Virus record (IMG/VR): IMGVR_UViG_3300035703_002363
Coordinates: 1-16,233 of that record
DNA from: a virus
DNA length: 16,233 nt
Strand: one strand, 5' to 3'
Below the pieces are notes generated by a model. The model ran no database searches and was not told where the DNA came from. It saw only the letters and a program-made list of their open reading frames with translations. Below are positions 6,291-13,121 of this stretch, piece by piece. The first letter of the stretch is position 1. Each line of letters starts with the position of its first letter. The position numbers were made by a program, and so were the translations under genes.

Positions 6291-6611
6291 ATGACGATGA
6301 CAATGCTCCAATTCGAGACGCATGACTACGTTCGAAAGGCCGTCGAGGTCGCTGGGCTTAGTGCCGGCGACTTCGCGAGTGCGTTGGGGGTCTCTCGAAA
6401 CACCGTTAGCCGATGGCTGAACGGGCGAGCTCGCCCCAGTACCGCGCAGATGATCGCCATCTCGGTCGTGACGGGAGTGTCACTAGAATGGCTGACTCAA
6501 GGTGTGGCGCGCCCGGAGGGACTCGAACCCCCAACCTTCTGTTCTGTAGCCGACGACGACCTCGCGCTCGAGCTCGCCTTCCTCACCATCGTCGAGCCGG
6601 TGATGGCATGA
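6291..6611 (+). CDS. Cro/C1 (XRE)-type HTH repressor, full-length 'viral' form (106 aa; alternative start 6237)
   Basis: HTH motif LSAGDFASALGVSRNTVSRWLNGRARPSTAQMIAISVVTGVSLEWL. Transcribed divergently from the early operon. The 3' end contains the tRNA-like attP core, which encodes ...VARPEGLEPPTFCS... Confidence 0.8.
   Translation: MTMTMLQFETHDYVRKAVEVAGLSAGDFASALGVSRNTVSRWLNGRARPSTAQMIAISVVTGVSLEWLTQGVARPEGLEPPTFCSVADDDLALELAFLTIVEPVMA
6505..6549 (-). other. 3' fragment of a tRNA-Arg(ACG)-like gene; candidate attP common core
   Basis: Minus strand reads CTACAGA-ACAGA-AGGTT-GGGGG-TTCGAGT-CCCTC-CGGGCGC-G-CCA. That order is anticodon-loop-like, stem, variable loop, T arm with canonical TTCGAGT loop, acceptor 3' strand, discriminator and CCA. 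No matching 5' acceptor strand (GCGCCCG) lies upstream, so it is a fragment and not a gene. Confidence 0.75.
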
Positions 6612-6853
6612 CCTACATTCTGCCCGGCTTCCCCGACGAGAACGCTGACGGATGCCCCGACAACCTCATGCCCGACCCTGCCTGGCCGGACGGCGTGGGC
6701 TGGCCCTGCATCGAGATCGTCGTCACTCCTGGACCGCCGACCATCACCGTCGACTCACTGGCCGACACTGGGGCGGTTGAGGTCACTGGGGCGCTCCTGG
6801 GCGCGATCGTACTGATCTGGGCCGGGCTAGTGCTGCGAGGTCGACGCGCATGA
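6608..6853 (+). CDS. Small protein (81 aa) with C-terminal LAxTG-like motif, hydrophobic helix and basic tail
   Basis: Trimmed from track ORF 6413..6853 to ATG 6608 (ATGA overlap with repressor stop). Sequence: MTYILPGFPDENADGCPDN...TVDSLADTGAVEVTGALLGAIVLIWAGLVLRGRRA. Confidence 0.6.
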   Translation: MTYILPGFPDENADGCPDNLMPDPAWPDGVGWPCIEIVVTPGPPTITVDSLADTGAVEVTGALLGAIVLIWAGLVLRGRRA

Positions 6854-7332
6854 GCGTGCCGGCCGCTTTGCTCGATGCCGTGCCACGGCCTGGTCACCCG
6901 CACTATCGCCGCTCCGGTCACCAGCAAGCCCTGACCGACATCGCGCGCGACATTCGCGCACGAGTGCCGATCGCGGGCGAGCTCGCCGTCGATGCTGAGT
7001 GCCGCGCACGCCGCGAACTCGTCGACGAGGCGCTCGCCTTGCTCGGAGTGCAACTTGAGGCTAGAGAGTGGTGGACTCTTGTTTGCGAGACGCGGCCAGA
7101 CGATCGAATGCCGGTTTTCGCAGGCATTTGGGCCCACAGCATGGAAGAGGCCGTGATCGAAACCGTGCTCTGGCGCTCCGAGTTCGATGGCCGGCACATC
7201 GCCACCATCGCGCCCGACGAGAACTGCGAGCACCACGAGCAGCTTTCGGCAGCTCGACGCAAGTTCGAGCTCGCTGACGAGCGCAACACGCGACGCGTCG
7301 CCGAGATTGAGGCGAGCGTGACCCTGTGGTGA
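6850..7332 (+). CDS. Hypothetical protein (160 aa)
   Basis: Track ORF with ATGA coupling at 6850-6853. Good GC3 and acidic/helical composition. The antisense 257-aa ORF is judged a shadow. Confidence 0.6.
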   Translation: MSVPAALLDAVPRPGHPHYRRSGHQQALTDIARDIRARVPIAGELAVDAECRARRELVDEALALLGVQLEAREWWTLVCETRPDDRMPVFAGIWAHSMEEAVIETVLWRSEFDGRHIATIAPDENCEHHEQLSAARRKFELADERNTRRVAEIEASVTLW

Positions 7333-7372
7333 GCATCCGCAGTTCACACGATTCCGAGAGGAGCACGGATTG

Positions 7373-7540
7373 ATGAGCATTGACATCGTGGAAGTCGCTG
7401 GCTACCAGTGGCAGTGCAGCGACTGCAATGACTCGGGCCACATCGAAGTCAGCCCCGAGTTCTCCCAAGAGAGCGCACAGGAGCACCGCTGTTCGCCCAC
7501 TTCCAGCACCACGACGACAGGAGAGCAGCCCAATGGATGA
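7373..7540 (+). CDS. Small hypothetical protein (55 aa) with CxxC...H...C pattern
   Basis: Not in the track. GAGAGGAG SD lies 8 nt upstream. Sequence: MSIDIVEVAGYQWQCSDCNDSGHIEVSPEFSQESAQEHRCSPTSSTTTTGEQPNG. Confidence 0.5.
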   Translation: MSIDIVEVAGYQWQCSDCNDSGHIEVSPEFSQESAQEHRCSPTSSTTTTGEQPNG

Positions 7541-7811
7541 CGACCCGTACCGCCCGTACCCCTGGTGGACTCGCGTGTGGCCGCTGAGCCGCATCTACTT
7601 CGCGGGCTGGCAGCGAGGCGAGGAGGCCGGGATTGCGCGCGGTCGGTTCCAGATGGGCGACCCAGCATCGCCCGATTTCAGCAAAGAACCGGAGCCCGGA
7701 ACGTTAGACGCTCGGGGCTCCGGTGAGATGTCTTTGCGAGACCCCGTAAGCATACCAAATACTCCTGATTCCGGGGCGGTGTCGGGGGTTCCCGATACAA
7801 ACTCACCATGA
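7533..7811 (+). CDS. Hypothetical protein (92 aa), Trp-rich N-terminus and disordered C-terminus (possible RDF, unproven)
   Basis: Trimmed from track ORF 7380..7811 to ATG 7533 (AGGAGAG SD, ATGGATGA overlap). Sequence begins MDDDPYRPYPWWTRVWPLSRIYFAGWQRGEE... It ends in an ATGA overlap with the int start. Confidence 0.5.
   Translation: MDDDPYRPYPWWTRVWPLSRIYFAGWQRGEEAGIARGRFQMGDPASPDFSKEPEPGTLDARGSGEMSLRDPVSIPNTPDSGAVSGVPDTNSP
7688..7724 (+). promoter_or_regulatory. 10-bp perfect inverted repeat (stem-loop or protein-binding site) about 85 nt upstream of int
   Basis: ACCGGAGCCC at 7688-7697, a 17-nt spacer, then GGGCTCCGGT at 7715-7724. A lower-GC stretch follows with a weak sigma70-like pair: TTGCGA 7734-7739, 18 nt, then AATACT. 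Confidence 0.4.
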
Positions 7812-8620
7812 CTCTTTCGCAATCATGGTGCCAGGCGATCGACGAATACCTCGAGCACGCCACCGCTGCGGGAGCACCGCAGACAACCCGCTACACACGA
7901 GAGCAACACCTGCAACACCTAGCCCGACGCGTCGAGGCCGAACCGTGGGCGCTCACCGGGGCTGAACTCGTCACCTATGCCGCTGCGCAGACTTGGGCCG
8001 CTGAGACTCGACGCGGGCGCCGCTCGACCTTCCTGTCGTTCTACCGGTGGGCGATCGCAACAGGCCGCACCGACACCAACCCTGCGCTCTCCCTGCCCCG
8101 CGTGAAGGCCGCAATGGGCAAGGCTCGACCCACGCCCGAACTCGTCTACCGTGAGGCCGTCGCCGCGGGTGACGTGCGCGCCCGCCTCATCCTGAGACTC
8201 GCCGCCGAGGTCGGGCTGCGCCGTTCCGAGATCGCGCGCATCCACTCACGAGACCTCATGCAAGACCTCGTCGGCTGGTCGCTCGTCGTGCACGGCAAGG
8301 GAGACCGTGAGCGCATCGTGCCGCTCCCTGACGGCCTCGCACGAGTGCTGCGCGCGCTCCCCTCGGGGTTCGCGTTCCCGGGCGACGACGGCGGGCACCT
8401 GTCCCCGCGCTGGGTGGGCAAGATCGCCACCCGACTACTGCCCGGCGACTTCACCCTCCACACGTTGCGCCACCGGTTCGCGACGCTCGCCTATCAAGTC
8501 GACCGTGACGTGTTCGTGGTGCAAGAGCTGCTCGGCCATTCGAGCCCGGCGACGACGAGGCGCTACGTGCAAACCCAGCACGAGCACCTACGCCGCACGG
8601 TGGTCGCTGTCGCCGACTAG
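7808..8620 (+). CDS. int: Tyrosine integrase (short XerC/D-like; no obvious arm-binding N-terminal domain)
   Basis: 270 aa. SAM-like core-binding N-terminus (...FLSFYRWAIATGRTDTNPA). Catalytic set present: R (GLRRSEI), K (VHGKGDRER), HxxR (HTLRHRFAT), H (LLGHSS) and Y (TTRRYV). Confidence 0.93.
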   Translation: MTLSQSWCQAIDEYLEHATAAGAPQTTRYTREQHLQHLARRVEAEPWALTGAELVTYAAAQTWAAETRRGRRSTFLSFYRWAIATGRTDTNPALSLPRVKAAMGKARPTPELVYREAVAAGDVRARLILRLAAEVGLRRSEIARIHSRDLMQDLVGWSLVVHGKGDRERIVPLPDGLARVLRALPSGFAFPGDDGGHLSPRWVGKIATRLLPGDFTLHTLRHRFATLAYQVDRDVFVVQELLGHSSPATTRRYVQTQHEHLRRTVVAVAD

Positions 8621-8859
8621 CGGTTGTCGGGTACGAGGTAGCCGAGCACGAAAGCCACGACGAGAGCGAACGACGTCTCGACTGTCACGGGCACGTCGAT
8701 CGCGAAACCGCTCTCTACGCCCCACACGGCGATCGTTGCGACGGCTGCGCCGAGCGCGCCCGCTGTCACCTTCGGGCTCACGTCGTTCCACTCGCGGCGA
8801 GGGTCGTAGACGAGCTCGACGGTGGGCGTGAACTCTGCTTCTTGCTGGGTGTCACTCAT
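8617..8859 (-). CDS. Membrane protein with two TM helices (80 aa), holin-like second lysis component
   Basis: Trimmed to ATG 8859 (8-nt overlap ATGAGTGA with the upstream gene). Sequence: MSDTQQEAEF...VTAGALGAAVATIAVWGV...TSFALVVAFVLGYLVPDNR. Last gene of the lysis cassette. Confidence 0.55.
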   Translation of the reverse strand: MSDTQQEAEFTPTVELVYDPRREWNDVSPKVTAGALGAAVATIAVWGVESGFAIDVPVTVETSFALVVAFVLGYLVPDNR

Positions 8860-9094
8860 GAGTGTGCTCCTGTTCTGGTTCGATTCCGAGGTGTCGCTCG
8901 ATTCGGTCGAATCGGCGGTGGTACTTCTCATCTCGCGCGTCGAGCTCGTCGCGCAGGTTCGTCTTGTGCGAGTTCTTCACCTGGTAAACGGCCTCTTTTG
9001 CGTGGCGGCGCGTCGACAGCAAGATGGGCACGAGACCGAGGGTGAGCAGGGCTGTGGCGCTGTTGATGAGGCCGACGATGACTGTTTCGCTCAT
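8852..9094 (-). CDS. Holin-like protein (80 aa; one N-terminal TM helix, highly charged C-terminus)
   Basis: Sequence MSETVIVGLINSATALLTLGLVPILLSTRRH followed by a charged tail. ATGA-coupled to the endolysin stop. Confidence 0.6.
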   Translation of the reverse strand: MSETVIVGLINSATALLTLGLVPILLSTRRHAKEAVYQVKNSHKTNLRDELDARDEKYHRRFDRIERHLGIEPEQEHTHE

Positions 9095-9816
9095 GCCTTC
9101 ATCCGCTGCGCGATCTCGTCGGCAACCTGCTCGGCTGAGGCGCCACCCGAACCGCCGTTCACAGCAAGAGCCAGGTGCGCGTCGCGGATGCTCTTGAACA
9201 CCTCAGGACCGACCGGGCGGTGTGGTCCGTACAGGCGCGACATTTGCACGGCAAACTCGACCTCGCTGGCAGGTGTCGGAATGCGACGCTCATAGAGCTG
9301 CACCGCACCTGACGGCCAGACCGTCATGCATACTGTGCCGTTCACTGCCTCGCCCTTGGCGTTGCGGGTTGATGTGTCTAGAAAGTTCTGCGGTTGCATT
9401 TCTTCCTCCTCGTCGGGTGTTGCCGAAATGTTGAACGCCAAAGTGAAATAGGGGGCTGGGTTCACCCGCGCGCCGTCGACCCACACCTCAACGTGAAGGT
9501 GCACGCCCTCGACCTGTGCGCCGGTGGCGCCCATTTCGCCGAGATAGGTTCGACCGAGCTCGACGGTGTCGCCGGTCTTGACGGCGATCGTGTTGAAGTG
9601 TGTGAGTCGTAGCGTGGCGGTCGGCGTGAAGATGCGGATGAAGTTGCCCACGAGGTCGTGCCATCCGACCATGACGGTGCCCGATGCCGGCGCGTACACC
9701 TTGCGCGACTCGGCGGCGTTCGCCTTGAGCCATCCGTAATCGACCCCATGGTGAAAGCCTCGCTTGCGTTGCCCCCACGGTGAGGTGATCGGCCCGGGGA
9801 CTGGGTGCATGAACAT
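9091..9816 (-). CDS. Endolysin, M23 (LytM-type) metallopeptidase with uncharacterised C-terminal domain
   Basis: HxxxD motif (GFHHGVDYG) and HxH motif (GVHLHVEVW) with typical M23 spacing. Sits after the tail genes and before the holin-like genes. Confidence 0.88.
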   Translation of the reverse strand: MFMHPVPGPITSPWGQRKRGFHHGVDYGWLKANAAESRKVYAPASGTVMVGWHDLVGNFIRIFTPTATLRLTHFNTIAVKTGDTVELGRTYLGEMGATGAQVEGVHLHVEVWVDGARVNPAPYFTLAFNISATPDEEEEMQPQNFLDTSTRNAKGEAVNGTVCMTVWPSGAVQLYERRIPTPASEVEFAVQMSRLYGPHRPVGPEVFKSIRDAHLALAVNGGSGGASAEQVADEIAQRMKA

Positions 9817-9837
9817 TAGCGAGGCTCGCTCTCAGGG

Positions 9838-10464
9838 CTACGCATAGCGGGTTGCCTTGACTGTGTAGGTGCCCGTCACGGTGGTCACTCCTGAGCAGGT
9901 GAATCGGATGCCGTCGAAAGACGCTGCCGAACGGTGACGCAAAGCCGAGAACACGGCGCCCGAGTTCGCTGTTGCGTCGAACGCGCGGCGGCGCACTTCG
10001 GCGATCGTGCGACGGGTTGCGTTGAGGCCGAAAAGTGTGAGGGTGATGTGTCGATCGGTTCGGGAGCCCGGCTGATCTAGTCCCCAGTTCGCCGCCGCCA
10101 ACGCAGAAGTGGCTACCGCGGTGGAGACTGAGCCAACGAGGTCTTGCCGGTCGTAGTTGCTCGTCGCGTTGGGCGTCGTGCCGCTGAGCAGCTGCGCGGT
10201 GATGGTGTTTGCTGTGCTTGCGGTCGGCAAGTCGAGCACGATCTCGTACTCGTCAAACCCAGTCAGACCTTCGAGCGAGATGATGTTCTGCGCTGTGATC
10301 GTGCCCGAAGCCAGAGCGACCATGGCGTGGTTAGCCTTCGCGCCGATGACCTCGGAGATCTCTTCTAGACCGAGGTTCATGTATTCGGGCCAGTCGAGGC
10401 CTACGGCGGTCGCTTCGGTGTAGCGACGAATCCCGTTAGCGTCGGGGCCGCTAAGTTCTCCCAT
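9838..10464 (-). CDS. Minor tail protein / candidate receptor-binding protein (208 aa)
   Basis: Last tail-module ORF, with an AGGAG SD. Ser/Thr/Ala-rich beta-type composition. Called from position only. Confidence 0.55.
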   Translation of the reverse strand: MGELSGPDANGIRRYTEATAVGLDWPEYMNLGLEEISEVIGAKANHAMVALASGTITAQNIISLEGLTGFDEYEIVLDLPTASTANTITAQLLSGTTPNATSNYDRQDLVGSVSTAVATSALAAANWGLDQPGSRTDRHITLTLFGLNATRRTIAEVRRRAFDATANSGAVFSALRHRSAASFDGIRFTCSGVTTVTGTYTVKATRYA

Positions 10465-10477
10465 GGTTGTGTGCTCC

Positions 10478-11656
10478 TTATGCCCAGATATTCATTTCGA
10501 ACCGGCCTGACAGTTGCCAGGTGATCGCGTCGATGATGGTGGTCACTGCGTCGTCGCCGGGCAGTGTGTAAGTGATCGACGACCACGGCATGACCGAGTA
10601 GTCGGGTGGTGTCGTGAGTCGCACGGGCGAGAGGTCGAGCCCTGCGCGTGTGGCGTAGCTGGCTGCTGGCGTGGGAAAGCCCAGCGGCGGCGGGGCGTCG
10701 GTGGGGGGCCATCCGATGAGCGGCGCTGGAACGTCGATGAGGCGGGCGACGACGTTGGTGAACGATATGCCGCCGATGGATGTGGGCCACACGGGGCGCG
10801 CGTTCGGGTCGGTCTGGCTGCCACTCCACCGCACGAGGGTCTTTGTAGCGAGATCGCGAGCGTATTCGTAGTCGATGAGGTTCACGCCATCTTCGACGAT
10901 GATGTCGCCGGGGGTCGGCGGGTTATCTTCGGCGTGAATGAGTGCCCAGTCACCGCGCGAGTAAAGGCGCTGCGCGACGCTGACGAGAATGCCAACGACC
11001 GCGGCCCAGACGTTGGCCAACGGTTCGACATTGAGCGGCGCGCCGACTCCTGCGCGGCGGGCTTGGGTAATGAGTACGGGCTCGTCGAGGTCTGGGTATC
11101 CCCCGGCGACGTGGTGCCCGACTGTGGTGGCTGAGAAGAATGCGAAGCGCACGAGGGCCTGTGTGTGGTCGCCCGGGATTGCGCGCGCGATCGCGTCATT
11201 GTTGCCGTCGAGGTCTGGATTGAGCGCGTCGAGATAGAGTGCTTCGGCTGATGCGACATCGAGGGTCCATGAGTCGCGCCGTTCGCGCACTTTCGTGACC
11301 ATGAGCTCGAGGCGGCGGCCGGTGCCCGCTCGTGGTGGGTCGTTCCATGACCCTGCCGCGATCAGGGCGGGCATGTCGGCGGGCAAGATGCCGTTGAAGT
11401 CCTCGGTGAGTGTGCCGGTTTCGTCGCCGAACAGTGTGGTGAGGTCTCGGCTTATTGAGATGTCACCGAACCGCTGGGTGAGTTCCACGATGACTCGTTT
11501 GCCGGGGCCCATGGCCACCGATGGCGGGGCGATCTCGATGCGCCCTTGGATGTGTGGAGTCCATGCGCGGTCGGCGGTGATCGTGGAGCCGTCGAGCACG
11601 GTGAGGCGGTCACCGGTAGATGTGTAGACGCGGGCCTCGGGGTCGTTGACGGGCAT
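10478..11656 (-). CDS. Minor tail protein (392 aa; Tal/baseplate position)
   Basis: Trimmed from track ORF 10478..12223 to ATG 11656 (TAATG overlap). Sequence begins MPVNDPEARVYTSTGDRLTVLDG... It is the second ORF after the tape measure. Confidence 0.6.
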   Translation of the reverse strand: MPVNDPEARVYTSTGDRLTVLDGSTITADRAWTPHIQGRIEIAPPSVAMGPGKRVIVELTQRFGDISISRDLTTLFGDETGTLTEDFNGILPADMPALIAAGSWNDPPRAGTGRRLELMVTKVRERRDSWTLDVASAEALYLDALNPDLDGNNDAIARAIPGDHTQALVRFAFFSATTVGHHVAGGYPDLDEPVLITQARRAGVGAPLNVEPLANVWAAVVGILVSVAQRLYSRGDWALIHAEDNPPTPGDIIVEDGVNLIDYEYARDLATKTLVRWSGSQTDPNARPVWPTSIGGISFTNVVARLIDVPAPLIGWPPTDAPPPLGFPTPAASYATRAGLDLSPVRLTTPPDYSVMPWSSITYTLPGDDAVTTIIDAITWQLSGRFEMNIWA

Positions 11657-12018
11657 TAGCTGACCTCCCTGAATGGGATGCGCACGACCCAGTAGCGGCG
11701 GTCGCGTTGCAGCTCGACGTCGAGCGAACCGCCGAATACGGCAAAGGTGAACTCGAGCGTCGTGCGGGCGGGGTAGGTGATGGCGAACAGTTCTGGACCG
11801 CCGAGCATGGCTCGGGCGGCTTCGGCTGCAGCCTCGGTGCTGTAGAGCGCGGCTAGGGTGCCCTGGCGGCTCTTGGCTGCGCTCAGGTTCACCCATAGGT
11901 CTGTGGCGCCGGGAATGTCGTGCACGATGGTGCCGAGTTCTTGGCTTGTGCGCCACGGCTGCAAGAGAACGGGGTTGGTGACTCCGCTCGTGATAACGCC
12001 GGTGATTGCGATGGTCAC
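11656..12018 (-). CDS. Small tail protein (120 aa) in the distal-tail-protein position
   Basis: GTG start with GTGA overlap on the tape-measure stop. Called from position only. Confidence 0.5.
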   Translation of the reverse strand: MTIAITGVITSGVTNPVLLQPWRTSQELGTIVHDIPGATDLWVNLSAAKSRQGTLAALYSTEAAAEAARAMLGGPELFAITYPARTTLEFTFAVFGGSLDVELQRDRRYWVVRIPFREVS

Positions 12019-13121
12019 GTGCCCACTTCCCTTCCCTCACGAGTGACGAGGCGAGCGCGCACGACGAGCGGATTGCGGTCGAAACTGCCTTGTGTGCTGC
12101 GTCTGATGGCTTCGGTGTCGGGTTCTGCGAGTTCCGTGCGGATGGTGATCGGGGCGCGGCCAGCGGCCTCGCTGTAGCGGCGCCCCAAGGCATCCCAGCG
12201 CTGTTCTTCGACTGATCGCACACGAGCCACCTCGTCGCGCTGTTCGGCGCTCTGCTCGACGATGAGGTCCTGATATTGGCTTGCGGCGTCGCGGTTTTCT
12301 GCGTGGGTGTCGCTAAGGCCGATGAGTTTGTCGCGCACGGTGTCGATCGCGATCACTGCGGGCGACCATGACTCACCACCTCGCGCCGAGTCGAGCTCGT
12401 GGACGAGGTCGCCGCTGGCGCTGGTTGCTTGCGCGATCGCGTACTCGAGCGCATCGGCGTCGCCCGCGAGCGCGCGAATATAGGTGTTCGTGTCGACGCC
12501 GATCTTTGCGGCGTCGGCGGCGGCGGCGTCTCGTTTGCTTGAGTCGAAGAGGATCTCGGCGGCGGCGGCAATGATGGTGGCCTCGTCGAGGTAGTTGCGG
12601 CCTTCTTCGGCTGCGGCCTTGTATGCCTCGGCGAGTGACTCCTTTAGTTCTTTGGCACTGTCGAGTTGATTGACGATCGTCGTGGTGACGAGGCCAAGCC
12701 CTGCGGCGCCTGCGGCGACTGCGGCAATGGCGGGGATGCCTCGGAGACCACCGACGAGACCACCGAGGGTGCTTTGCGCTGCGTCGGCGATCGATTCGAA
12801 TGAGCCGTCGAAGCTAGAGAACATCTCGGCGGCGTTTTGTTTGGCCTCGTTGGTGACCTCGTCGAGTTGGCTCTCGACGCGATCGCCAGACCTCTTGAAG
12901 TTGCGGACCATCTTGTCGCCCGCTTCATCGCTCTCGCGGTCGACGACCTTGGTTAGGTCTTTAAAGCTGCGCTCTAGTTTCTCGGTGGCCTTGTCGCCGT
13001 CGCGGGCGACATCGTCGAGGCTGTCGGAGACTTGGTCGAGGGCTTCGCCGATGTCGTCGGTGCCTTTGAGAAACCGGCGAATGTCAGAGATGAAGTTGAT
13101 GACGATACCTTTACCGGCCAT
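12015..13121 (-). CDS. Tape measure protein (short, 368 aa)
   Basis: Trimmed from track ORF 12015..13514 to ATG 13121 (ATGA overlap). Long helical, Ala/Asp/Glu-rich sequence with a Gly-rich hydrophobic segment LGGLVGGLRGIPAIAAVAAGAAGLGLVTTTIV, typical of tape measure proteins. Confidence 0.78.
   Translation of the reverse strand: MAGKGIVINFISDIRRFLKGTDDIGEALDQVSDSLDDVARDGDKATEKLERSFKDLTKVVDRESDEAGDKMVRNFKRSGDRVESQLDEVTNEAKQNAAEMFSSFDGSFESIADAAQSTLGGLVGGLRGIPAIAAVAAGAAGLGLVTTTIVNQLDSAKELKESLAEAYKAAAEEGRNYLDEATIIAAAAEILFDSSKRDAAAADAAKIGVDTNTYIRALAGDADALEYAIAQATSASGDLVHELDSARGGESWSPAVIAIDTVRDKLIGLSDTHAENRDAASQYQDLIVEQSAEQRDEVARVRSVEEQRWDALGRRYSEAAGRAPITIRTELAEPDTEAIRRSTQGSFDRNPLVVRARLVTREGREVGT

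Noticed and set aside
6505-6585. Possible intact phage-encoded tRNA gene on the minus strand
   Set aside because: Only the T arm, acceptor 3' strand and CCA are convincing. The expected anticodon-stem partner and the 5' acceptor strand GCGCCCG are absent upstream (6550-6585 reads cgacgacgacctcgcgctcgagctcgcc...). The anticodon position would read ACA. Interpreted as an attP core fragment.
6613-7386. 257-aa minus-strand ORF, the longest ORF in the 6.6-7.4 kb region
   Set aside because: It is antisense to an ATGA-coupled chain of plus-strand ORFs with better third-position GC. Its translation is Ser/Arg/Pro/Gly-rich and lacks a start context. Judged a shadow ORF, though not formally excluded.
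9817-9837. Small hairpin AGCGAGgCTCGCT between the minor tail gene and the endolysin gene
   Set aside because: The stem is only about 5 usable bp with a minimal loop. Too weak to call a terminator.
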